The notes beneath the pieces are model-generated. The model was not told the origin of the DNA. It ran no database searches and worked only from the letters and a program-made list of their open reading frames with translations. Positions 56,030 through 64,000 of a stretch of 64,000 nucleotides of DNA are shown here, piece by piece. The stretch comes from Candidatus Multivoraceae bacterium (GTDB lineage: Bacteria; Acidobacteriota; Thermoanaerobaculia; Multivoradales; Multivoraceae): positions 137,896-201,895 of the forward strand of contig CBDCWR010000006.1 of assembly GCA_965223385.1 (NCBI GenBank). Reading direction: 5' to 3'. Position 1 is the first letter of the stretch; each line of letters starts with the position of its first letter. The position numbers and the translations under genes are program-made.

Positions 56030-56392
56030 GGGAAGCTCCTCATCGGACGCGGAGGCGGACGGGGAGCGTCAGCCTATCTCCCGGTGCGAACGCTCCGCGG
56101 ACATCGAGCTGTGCGTCGGTACGCCTTCACTCCGCGCTACACTCGGTGCACACGACCCAAGACCAGATCCGAGTTTCTGTGCGCGGTGCCCGCCGCCGCC
56201 GATCGCGCGAGCCCCCTGGGGCTCGCTCCGGCCATGCCGGAAAGGTGTGAGGGGGAGGGCTGACGCTGCGTCGAGGGAGGACGCAGCGCGTCCACGGGCC
56301 GCAGGGTGGCGACCCTGCGGCCCGCAACGGTAGGGACGAGCCGCTCAGCCGCCCTTCGAGCCCGCAGCGCCTCTGGAGAGATCGCGTAGCGC

Positions 56393-57619
56393 GTGCAACA
56401 CTCGCGTATGCCCGCACAGCCCGATGCATTCGCGGCGTCCGCGATCGAGCGGTTCCGCAGTGAGACGCCCCTAGTCGCAGCTGGCAGGAACCACTTGAAC
56501 CATGCCGGTGCGAGCCCTTCCCCTGAGGTGGTGCTGGCCGCCGTGCGGGAGTACCAGGAGGCGGAAGCGGTGCTCGGTGGCTACGAGACGGCCGCCGCAC
56601 GCGCCGACGAGATCCGCGCCGTATACGCGGCCGTCGGGGCGCTGCTGGGAACTGCCGCGCGCAACGTCGCGCTGGTCGAGAACGCCACGGTCGGCTTCTC
56701 TCAGGCTCTCTCCGCCTTCGACTGGCGCGCGGGAGACGTGCTGCTGACCACGCGGCACGACTACGTCTCCAACTTCCTCCACTTCCTGTCTCTACGGGAC
56801 CGTTGTGGCGTGGAGCTGGTCGTGGCGCCAGACGCAGGATGTGGGGGTGTCGATCCGGGCCAGGTGGCGGCGCTGGTGGAGCAGCATGCCCCCAAGCTCG
56901 TCACGCTCACCTGGATGCCGACCAACTCCGGCTTGCTCCAGCCCGCGGCAGAGGTGGGCGCGGTGTGTCGCGAGCACGGTGTGCCGTATCTGGTGGACGC
57001 GTGTCAGGTGGTCGGTCAGGTGCAGGTGAACGTGGGCGAGCTCGGCTGCGACTTCCTGTCGGCCACGGGCCGGAAGTTCCTCCGAGGCCCGCGCGGAACG
57101 GGAATGCTCTATGTCTCCGACCGCATGCTCGAGGCGGGTCGGTATCCGCTGTTCGTCGACCTTCACGGTGCGACGTGGGTCTCGGACGACCGCTTCGAGC
57201 TCGACGCGACGGCGGCACGCTTCGAGAACTGGGAGTTCAACTACGCGCTGCTCCTGGGGCTCGGCGCCGCGGCGCGCTACGCGATTCAGGTAGGGCTCGA
57301 GCGCATCGAGGTGCGCACCTCCAAGCTGGCGGCGTCTGCACGCGAGCTGGCGACCGAGGCCGGGTTGCGCGTGCTCGACCAGGGGCAACGGCTCGGGGCC
57401 ATCGTGACCGTGGATGCCGGCGCGCGCGACGCGGCCGCCGCGGTGGAGGCGCTGCGCGGGCAAGGTATCCACACGAGCTCCATGGATCGCGGGTCGGCGG
57501 TGCTCGACCTCGACGCAAAGGGCGCGCAGCAGCTCGTGCGGCTGTCGCCGCACTACTTCAACACCGAAGCCGAGGTGGCCGCCGGCGTCGAGGCACTGGC
57601 GGCAGCGCTCGCCGGGTAG
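56393..57619 (+). CDS. class V aminotransferase-fold PLP enzyme
   Basis: LNHAGASPSPEVV...TWMPTNSGLLQP...SATGRKFLRGPRGTGMLYV contains the PLP-Lys region. Confidence 0.85.
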   Translation: MQHSRMPAQPDAFAASAIERFRSETPLVAAGRNHLNHAGASPSPEVVLAAVREYQEAEAVLGGYETAAARADEIRAVYAAVGALLGTAARNVALVENATVGFSQALSAFDWRAGDVLLTTRHDYVSNFLHFLSLRDRCGVELVVAPDAGCGGVDPGQVAALVEQHAPKLVTLTWMPTNSGLLQPAAEVGAVCREHGVPYLVDACQVVGQVQVNVGELGCDFLSATGRKFLRGPRGTGMLYVSDRMLEAGRYPLFVDLHGATWVSDDRFELDATAARFENWEFNYALLLGLGAAARYAIQVGLERIEVRTSKLAASARELATEAGLRVLDQGQRLGAIVTVDAGARDAAAAVEALRGQGIHTSSMDRGSAVLDLDAKGAQQLVRLSPHYFNTEAEVAAGVEALAAALAG

Positions 57620-57624
57620 GCCTC

Positions 57625-58461
57625 GTGTTTGCGTCGAAAGAGCTGGCGGAGCGTATCGAGCAGGCGGAGTGCCGCCTGCTCTCGAGCTCGCTGGCGGCGA
57701 TCTCACGGACGCGGCCCGAAGCCGACACGTTCGCGGAGGAGATCTCCGGTGGCCTCGCCACCTACTCCGGTCCCGGATCGCCGCTCAACAAGGTGGCCGG
57801 CCTGGGCTTCGGCCCCGCACTCGATCTCGACCGCCTGGAGCACATCGAGCAGCTGTTCGGCGCACGCGGCGGCGAGGTGCAGGTGGAGCTCGCGACGCTG
57901 GGTGATGCCTCGGTGGCGGAGGCGCTCACCGTGCGTGGCTACCGGCTCGTCGGCTTCGAGAACGTGCTGGGTCAGAGCCTCGCCTCACGAACCGCGCCAC
58001 CCGATCTTCCGGCTGGCGTCACCGTGGAAGCCGACGCGGAGCTCGAGCTTTGGCTCGACACGGTGGTATCGGGCTTCATGACCCCGGACGTCGACGGGAT
58101 TCCAGCACACGAGTCGTACCCCCGCGAGGTGATCGAAAGTGTGCTTCGTGACATGGCCGCAGCAGAGGGCGTGCAGCGCTACCTGGCGCGGTGGGGCGGC
58201 GAGCCCGCCGGAGCGGGGAGCCTCGGCCTGGACGGCTCCGTGGCGCAGCTGAACGGAGCGTCGACCTTGCCGGCGAAGCGGCGGCGCGGCGTGCAGGCCG
58301 CGCTGCTGGCTCGACGCCTCGAGGATGCGCGCGCGGCCGGCTGTGAGGTGGCGGTGGTCACCACCCAGCCCGGGTCCACGTCGCAACACAACGTCCAGCG
58401 CCGAGGCTTTCACCTGCTGTATGCCCGGGCCGTGCTCCAGCGGGCCGTCGAAGCGAGCTAG
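57625..58461 (+). CDS. GNAT-family acetyltransferase (two-domain)
   Basis: GTG start 6 nt after the aminotransferase stop. The C-terminal motif is LPAKRRRGVQAALLARRLEDARAAGCEVAVV. Confidence 0.6.
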   Translation: MFASKELAERIEQAECRLLSSSLAAISRTRPEADTFAEEISGGLATYSGPGSPLNKVAGLGFGPALDLDRLEHIEQLFGARGGEVQVELATLGDASVAEALTVRGYRLVGFENVLGQSLASRTAPPDLPAGVTVEADAELELWLDTVVSGFMTPDVDGIPAHESYPREVIESVLRDMAAAEGVQRYLARWGGEPAGAGSLGLDGSVAQLNGASTLPAKRRRGVQAALLARRLEDARAAGCEVAVVTTQPGSTSQHNVQRRGFHLLYARAVLQRAVEAS

Positions 58462-58510
58462 CCCAGCCGCTCCCAGCTCGATCGGCGCCGAAGAGAGCCT
58501 TTGCGGGGCA

Positions 58511-58774
58511 CTAGAGCATGGAGACCATGAGTGTGCGCCCGGCGGCCCAGGCGGCTCTGTAGAGCTGCTCGAGGCTGAGTGGCTCCTGGCCCTCGCCGAC
58601 CAGGGCCTCGATGTCCGTGGCGGCGAGGCCGGTCCTGGCCACCATGTCGTCGCGGGAGAGGTTCTGCTTCGACATCTCCGTGCGTAGCTCGGAACGGATC
58701 ACCCGCTCGGTCATGCGGGCCGCACGTGCGGCAACCTCGAGGGTCGGATAACTCTCGCGGCGCACGGGACTCAT
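58511..58774 (-). CDS. small HTH (XRE-like) protein
   Basis: MSPVRRESYPTLEVAARAARMTERVIRSELRTEMSKQNLSRDDMVARTGLAATDIEALVGE. Confidence 0.4.
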   Translation of the reverse strand: MSPVRRESYPTLEVAARAARMTERVIRSELRTEMSKQNLSRDDMVARTGLAATDIEALVGEGQEPLSLEQLYRAAWAAGRTLMVSML

Positions 58775-58967
58775 GGCCCGTCTCACGCCTCCACCTGCGT
58801 CTTGCTCTGCATCTCGTCGGTGGTGCTCCGTACCGCGCTCGCGGCAGGCCTCGTCACGCTCATCTCCGGTCCTCCTCGCCCTGTGCTGCATCGCGTTCGG
58901 GCGCGTTCTCCTGGAGAGATGCGTCGGTCGTCGGTTTCGTGACACGGAAGTGGTCCGGCGCCGGCAT

Positions 58968-60998
58968 TCAGTTCCGTGGCCGCGGCGTCGGCAGAGCCAG
59001 CGCGACCAGCTCGCCGGCATGCTCTCGATGGCTCGACGCGACCACCAGGATCTGTTGGCCAGCGACCTCGTAGGTCATGGGCGCTGCGGAGACCTGAGCG
59101 GGTAGCTCGACCGCGGCCAGCACCTCGCCGGTTGCCTTGTCGTAGGCCCGCAGGAAGTGTGGCTCCGGCTCCATGGCTCGGCCCACCAGTCCGCCCCCTT
59201 CGCCCACGAAGAGGAGGGTCTTCGTGACCAGGGCGCTGGCGGTGCCGACCTGACCCATGTGTGAGAAGTCCAGACCCAGGCCCTGCAGGTCCGGGTGCTC
59301 GCGCACCTGTTTGGGAGCGCGACCGTTGGGCACCTGCCAGAGGATGGTCCCTGTGCGGAGGTCGATCGCCGTGATCCGGCTCCAGGGAGGTTTCTCGAGG
59401 GGCAGACCGCGCGGGCCGCGAGGGCCGCCCCGGTCGACGCCGAGATAGCGGTAGTCGGAGCGTGACGGGTCGGGAGGTGGCTCGAGTGCACCGCCGCTCG
59501 ACTGCGAGAGCGAAGGGACGTACAACACTCCGGTCTCGGGGTCGAAGGCTGCGCCTCCCCAGTTGGCGCCACCGCCGAAGCCCGGCATGAGCACCGTTCC
59601 GAGGTTCGCCCTGCTGCCGGAGCCGCCTTCGATGCGCACCGAGGGAGGCGTGTAGAGAGGTCCGGTGCGCCACTGAGAGAGCGTCTTCAACGCCTCGGCC
59701 CGCAGCTCCGGCGTGAAGTCGATCACGTCGCTCTCGCCGAACCCCTGACGCTCGAACGGCGGCGGCTTCGTGGGGAACGGCTGCGTCCGCGACGTCTTCT
59801 CCCCCGGAACGTCGCTCTGCGGCACCACTCGCTCCTCGATGGGCCAGACGGGCTCGCCCGTGCGGCGATCGAACACGAAGGCGAATCCCTGCTTGGTCAC
59901 CTGGACCACCGCTTCGATGTCGCGGCCGTCGACGGCGACGTCGGCGAGCACGGGGGCTGCTGGAAGGTCGTAGTCCCAGATGCCGTGATGGACGATCTGG
60001 AAGTGCCAGCGTTTGCGACCGGTCGCCGCCTCGAGGGCCACGAGGCTCTCCGCGTAGAGGTTGTCGCCGGGGCGGTGCTCGCCGTAGAAGTCGTTGTTCG
60101 ATGTCTCCACCGGCAGGTAGACGAGGCCCAGCTCCTGGTCGGCGCTCATCATCGACCAGACGCCCGTGTTGCCGGCGATCCGCCAGGACTCGCCCTCCCA
60201 GGTCTCGCTGCCCGGCTCACCGGCGCGCGGCACCGTGTGGAAGGTCCAGCGCAGCGCACCGGTGCGCACGTCGAAGCCGCGCACGTGCCCGGGGGTGGCC
60301 TTCCGGCGAGGAGCCCGGATGGTCGTGGTCACCTGGACGACCACCGTGTCGCCCACCACCGCCGGAGGCGACGTGGAGCCCACGCTCACGCTTCGACCAC
60401 CTTCGAGGCCCGCGCCCAGATCGACGAAGCCCCCTTCCCCGAAGCTGGTGACGGGCCGGCCGCGGTCCGCGTGCAGAGCCACGAGTCGGCCGTCCCCGGT
60501 GACGAGGAGCAGACGCGTGCGACCGGTCTCCGGGTCACGCCAGAAGGCCACGGCGCGCCCGGCGACATGGCGCAGCCGCTGCGGGCTCGGTGGCTGCCAC
60601 GTCCAGAGCGGTGTTCCTTCGGCCGGGTCGAGCGCCGCCACGCCGTAGCTTCCGCTGGGCGCGTAGAGCCGACCGTTCACCAGGATGGGCGTGGCCTGGT
60701 AGTTGTCGTCGGGACGGTCGAAGAAGGGCAGGCTCTTCCAGCGCCACACGACCTCCAGATCGCCGACGTTGGTGCGGTCGATCTGCGTGAGCGGAGAGTA
60801 GCGAGTGAAGCCACTGTCGCCGCCCCAGGTGTGCCACGCACCGGGGGGCGCTCCGCGTTGAGCACCGGACGGCGCAACGAGGCCCAGGGTGAGCGCTACG
60901 AGCCCCGGGAACGCGCGCCTCCACGGGCCCGCCTTCGCCGGCAGCGGGCTCCGGCGAAGGCGGCTCCTCCCTGCCGCGCGGGCGAGCCCGGTGATCAA
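58968..60998 (-). CDS. PQQ-dependent dehydrogenase (glucose/quinate or ethanol family), secreted, with WDYD motif
   Basis: WHTWGGDSGFTRYSPLTQIDRTNVGDLEVVW; propeller motifs; HHGIWDYDLPAAP. The start is assigned to a TTG overlapping the upstream gene by 4 nt and is uncertain. Confidence 0.75.
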   Translation of the reverse strand: MITGLARAAGRSRLRRSPLPAKAGPWRRAFPGLVALTLGLVAPSGAQRGAPPGAWHTWGGDSGFTRYSPLTQIDRTNVGDLEVVWRWKSLPFFDRPDDNYQATPILVNGRLYAPSGSYGVAALDPAEGTPLWTWQPPSPQRLRHVAGRAVAFWRDPETGRTRLLLVTGDGRLVALHADRGRPVTSFGEGGFVDLGAGLEGGRSVSVGSTSPPAVVGDTVVVQVTTTIRAPRRKATPGHVRGFDVRTGALRWTFHTVPRAGEPGSETWEGESWRIAGNTGVWSMMSADQELGLVYLPVETSNNDFYGEHRPGDNLYAESLVALEAATGRKRWHFQIVHHGIWDYDLPAAPVLADVAVDGRDIEAVVQVTKQGFAFVFDRRTGEPVWPIEERVVPQSDVPGEKTSRTQPFPTKPPPFERQGFGESDVIDFTPELRAEALKTLSQWRTGPLYTPPSVRIEGGSGSRANLGTVLMPGFGGGANWGGAAFDPETGVLYVPSLSQSSGGALEPPPDPSRSDYRYLGVDRGGPRGPRGLPLEKPPWSRITAIDLRTGTILWQVPNGRAPKQVREHPDLQGLGLDFSHMGQVGTASALVTKTLLFVGEGGGLVGRAMEPEPHFLRAYDKATGEVLAAVELPAQVSAAPMTYEVAGQQILVVASSHREHAGELVALALPTPRPRN

Positions 60999-62281
60999 CG
61001 GCCCGCGCCCCAGCGCCTCGCCTCCTCTTCGCTGATGGCGGTCCACGTGATGAAGCCGTGCATCATCTCGTCGGTCGAAAGCAGCCCCCACTGCACCGGG
61101 CGCTCCGTGTCGATCTCCGGGAACTCGCGTCCGCGATCGGCCGAGTTGTCCATGTGGGCGTCCACCTCGATGCGCGTGCCGGGCGGAATGAGCTTGGGCT
61201 CCTCGAGGATGTACGCGATCTGCCATTCGAAGCTGTAGCGCGGAATGTCGATCAGCACCTCTTCGGTGCCGTCCGGGTAGATCGCGGTGTAGCGCTTGTC
61301 CTTGCCGCGGTAGTGCATGTGTGGGCTGAAGGAGGTCAGCAGCGCCCACTCCGGAATCTCCATCGCGGCGCCGATGCGCCAGTTGTCGTGCCCCGGCGGA
61401 ATCTCGAAATCGAAGAACCGGCCGATGCGCGTCTGCTGGAGGTCGTAGCGCACGTCCGCGTCGTCGTCGTAGAAGACCATTCCCACGGAGACCTGGTTCT
61501 CGATGCCGGTTCCTGGCCCAGGCTCTTTGTTGTAGTGCAGCGACAGGACGATCTTCGACCCGGGGTGGAGGCGCCTGGCGAAGCCGGGCGGGTATTCGCG
61601 GGGCTCACTTCCCGTCGCGATGCCGCCGAGGAAGAATGGCTCGCGCTCGTTGCCGTTCTCGTCGGGGGGCGGCACGATGGTGGCCGTCAGATGATGGATG
61701 ATGTTGCAGTTGGGTTTGAACTCGGCGACCTTGATCCAGCGCGGCTCGGGCAGCTGCTCCGGAGTGAGCTCGAACGTGACATAAGGCTGCCAGTCTTCGA
61801 CGTCGTCGCCGACCGTGATCGGCTCCGGCATCGTGAGCACGAGATCGGGCTCGCCGATGAGCCAGCCCGTGTCCTGGAAGACGCGCGGCTGCGGCGCGTC
61901 GTCGGCGTCGCCTGCGGGCGCACCCTGGTCGACCCAGCGGACGATGAGGTCGATCTCCTCGGGTGCCAGGCTGCGGCTGTTGGCGATCTGTGCCGACGTC
62001 TCGTGGGAGGCGCCCCAGGGTGGCATGGCGCGGCTGGCGACGGCCTTGCGGATGGACTTGGCCCACGGCCGCGCGTCCTCGTAGGAGACGAGGCTCATGG
62101 GCGCGATCATGCCGGAGATCTCGGGACCGCCCGGGCGGTGACACTCCTGACAGTTCTTCTGGAAGATGGGCACGATGTCGCGGTGGAACGTCACGTCCGC
62201 GCCCGACTCGCTGCCGAATGTCAGCGTGGCGCTGAGGAGCGAGACGGCGACTGCCAGGACTGCCGTGCGTGGGAAGTTCAT
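60995..62281 (-). CDS. secreted cytochrome c domain fused to a copper type-II monooxygenase-like (PHM/DBH-like) domain
   Basis: Signal peptide. CQECH haem motif. His clusters are arranged like CuH and CuM sites (NIIHHLTA; SLHYN; SPHMHYRG; DEMMHGF). Confidence 0.65.
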   Translation of the reverse strand: MNFPRTAVLAVAVSLLSATLTFGSESGADVTFHRDIVPIFQKNCQECHRPGGPEISGMIAPMSLVSYEDARPWAKSIRKAVASRAMPPWGASHETSAQIANSRSLAPEEIDLIVRWVDQGAPAGDADDAPQPRVFQDTGWLIGEPDLVLTMPEPITVGDDVEDWQPYVTFELTPEQLPEPRWIKVAEFKPNCNIIHHLTATIVPPPDENGNEREPFFLGGIATGSEPREYPPGFARRLHPGSKIVLSLHYNKEPGPGTGIENQVSVGMVFYDDDADVRYDLQQTRIGRFFDFEIPPGHDNWRIGAAMEIPEWALLTSFSPHMHYRGKDKRYTAIYPDGTEEVLIDIPRYSFEWQIAYILEEPKLIPPGTRIEVDAHMDNSADRGREFPEIDTERPVQWGLLSTDEMMHGFITWTAISEEEARRWGAGR

Positions 62282-62362
62282 GTGATGGCTCCATTGGAAT
62301 GTCGTTGAATGGCGACTCGTGGCGATCCTGTGTCGAGCCCTCTCGGGCGTTGACCCTGAGCG

Positions 62363-63058
62363 CTACCGCGGACGCGCTCCCTCGGCTCCGGCAACGTGAA
62401 ATGCCGCGGTCCACTGGTGCTCGCCCCACTCGATGCGCAAGAGCGCTTCGTCGGTGCCTCCTTCGAGGCTGCCCTTCAAGGCACTCGTGCCGCCGGGGTG
62501 GCGGGTGTACGACGCGGGGACCACGCTGCGAACGGTGTCGGGGTCGTACTGAGAGCCCCAGGCGTCCGCCTGGTCGTTGAACACCAGCTCCCAGCCCGAA
62601 TCGTTGCGGCGCAGCCACACGCCGTACGCGCCGAGGTAGTTCGCGGCGACGTTGCCGACGGGCAGCGTCACAGGCTCGTGCGCGTGCCCGGGAAAGACGA
62701 GCGCCGTCGTCGTCGTGAGCTTGATGACGGGGGAACGGAGCAGCCGAAGCGGCGCGCCGGGCACGAGAGTGGTCACGGCGCGATACTCGCCGTCGTCCGC
62801 CGGCAGGGCGCGCGTGAACAACCGGACCTGGTCCTCGCCGTCCTCCAGGGTCGCCTCCACGCGGCGAAAGCGGTACGCGAAGGTGGTGTTGGAGCGCACG
62901 GGGGAGCGCTCGGTGACCACCTGCCGCGGCCGGTCGTCCTCGGTCTGCTCGGGAGTCTCCGCATGCGATGTCGTGTCGACGGCCGCCAGGCCCGCAAAGG
63001 CGACCGCCACCAGAGTCCAGGTGCCGAAGCACGAGGTCTTTCCACCCGCGGAGCTCAC
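62363..63058 (-). CDS. secreted hypothetical protein
   Basis: GTG start with a ggagga RBS. The signal peptide overlaps the CMD gene stop by 4 nt. Confidence 0.5.
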   Translation of the reverse strand: MSSAGGKTSCFGTWTLVAVAFAGLAAVDTTSHAETPEQTEDDRPRQVVTERSPVRSNTTFAYRFRRVEATLEDGEDQVRLFTRALPADDGEYRAVTTLVPGAPLRLLRSPVIKLTTTTALVFPGHAHEPVTLPVGNVAANYLGAYGVWLRRNDSGWELVFNDQADAWGSQYDPDTVRSVVPASYTRHPGGTSALKGSLEGGTDEALLRIEWGEHQWTAAFHVAGAEGARPR

Positions 63059-63696
63059 TCGGGGAATCCTCCGAGGCCCTCCTCCGGCTGTACACCGAAC
63101 GTGCGCAGCGCCATCGAGACGAGGTTGTACTCGCCCACGGTGAACACGACGTCCATCAGCTGCTTCTTGGAGTACGTCTTGGCGAGCTCGGCCCAGGTGG
63201 CGTCCGAGACGAAGGCGCTCTCTCGCAGCTCGTCGGTGGCGCGGAGCAGGGCGCGCTCGTGCGCCGTCCAGCCGGCTGCGTCCGGGCCTTTCGTGATGCG
63301 CTCGATCTCCGTGTCGGTCATGCCGACCTGGCGGGCGATGCGGGCGTGCTGGCCCCACTCGTACTCCGACTGGCAGAGCCAGCCGATGCGGAGGATGAGG
63401 ATCTCGCGGTCTCTTGCTGGGAGAGAGTTTTCCGCCAGCACGTAGCGCGCGAAGGTGAGCCACGCCTCGGCCAGGTCCTCGTGCTGCACGATCGTCTTGG
63501 TGACGTTGATGTTGGTGTCCCCGACGAGCCGTTTCTGACGCTCCGTCGCCTTCTCGAGCTCGATCGGCTCGATGCGCGGGGCGTCGAGGGGGCGGCGTAC
63601 GGGAAGATCTTCCGAGGGCGCAGAGTGGATTGCTCCGCCGGCGAAGAGCCAGGCGAGTCCCCAGGCGATTCGAGGCAACCACGTTCTCTCGTACAT
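63055..63696 (-). CDS. carboxymuconolactone decarboxylase (AhpD-like) family protein
   Basis: PARDREILILRIGWLCQSEYEWGQHARIARQVGMTDTEIERI is the CMD motif. Confidence 0.75.
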   Translation of the reverse strand: MYERTWLPRIAWGLAWLFAGGAIHSAPSEDLPVRRPLDAPRIEPIELEKATERQKRLVGDTNINVTKTIVQHEDLAEAWLTFARYVLAENSLPARDREILILRIGWLCQSEYEWGQHARIARQVGMTDTEIERITKGPDAAGWTAHERALLRATDELRESAFVSDATWAELAKTYSKKQLMDVVFTVGEYNLVSMALRTFGVQPEEGLGGFPE

Positions 63697-63910
63697 CACG
63701 GCCGCTCCTTTTCGTGTGGGCGTTCGAGAAGCATACACACCCGGCGACGCGCGCATGACAACGCGTCGGAAAGAGCCGCCCGGCGCGGCGCCGAAACACC
63801 CGCGCCGTGCGGGCGATTCGTGCGGACTGCTCGGGCGGTCGGCTCCCGTATCATGGGGAGCCTTGAATGCGCTGAGGCGGCGATTCTGAAGAGGGAGCGT
63901 TGCGGGAGAC

Positions 63911-64000
63911 GTGGTCGACGAACGCCGAGAGTTCGAGAGGCTGGACCGGCTGCTCGAAGAAGCGCTGCGCCGGCCGGTCGGAGAACGGTCTGGGTTCCTG
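63911..64000 (+). CDS. partial CDS, N-terminus resembling bacterial Ser/Thr protein kinases (runs off the window end)
   Basis: (V)VDERREFERLDRLLEEALRRPVGERSGFL resembles the common ...ERWQRIEELFHAALELPPEERAAFL kinase N-terminus. GAGGGAG sits upstream. Confidence 0.25.
   Translation, partial: MVDERREFERLDRLLEEALRRPVGERSGFL

Overview
This is a ~64 kb stretch of a very GC-rich (~70%) chromosome from a Gram-negative bacterium. The ADOP-type orphan FtsX permease, the VPXXXP/PEP-CTERM-like sorting tails, the many PQQ quinoproteins and a Ser/Thr-kinase-like N-terminus at the window end suggest an Acidobacteriota- or Gemmatimonadota-like soil organism; that placement is inference only. Gene density is high, with about 55 plausible CDS on both strands. 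I found no rRNA, no recognisable tRNA, no CRISPR array and no integrase or transposase. Because of the GC content every frame carries long spurious Arg/Pro/Gly-rich ORFs. I called genes only where the translation shows recognisable family motifs, a signal peptide, a ribosome-binding site or gene coupling.

The content is dominated by periplasmic redox and secreted enzymes:
- five PQQ quinoproteins: a type II quinohaemoprotein ADH, a methanol/ethanol-family DH carrying a DxD lanthanide-type signature, a PVA-DH-like cyt c-PQQ enzyme, a glucose/quinate-like DH, and a BamB-like propeller
- a Tat-exported ThDP-dependent enzyme co-transcribed with a c-type cytochrome
- a crotonyl-CoA carboxylase/reductase-like MDR fused to a crotonase domain
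- gamma-glutamyltranspeptidase and a vWA YfbK-like lipoprotein
- a methyltransferase / RND exporter / LolA-like / DUF1302-like operon
- a secreted HEXXH metalloprotease coupled to a large protein built from two copies of an unfamiliar four-Cys ~115-aa domain
- a candidate selenoprotein: a TlpA-like periplasmic redoxin whose CxxC motif is interrupted by an in-frame TGA (WUAGC), followed by a SECIS-like hairpin

Three genes show clean single-nucleotide frameshifts (a VPXXXP-CTERM paralog, tannase, the RND transporter). Several AT-rich palindromic operators stand out against the GC background: upstream of PadR and MBL, at the ArsR promoter, and in two secreted-protein leaders.

Coordinates derived by hand-counting may be off by 1-3 nt. 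Those derived from ORF-track arithmetic are more reliable.
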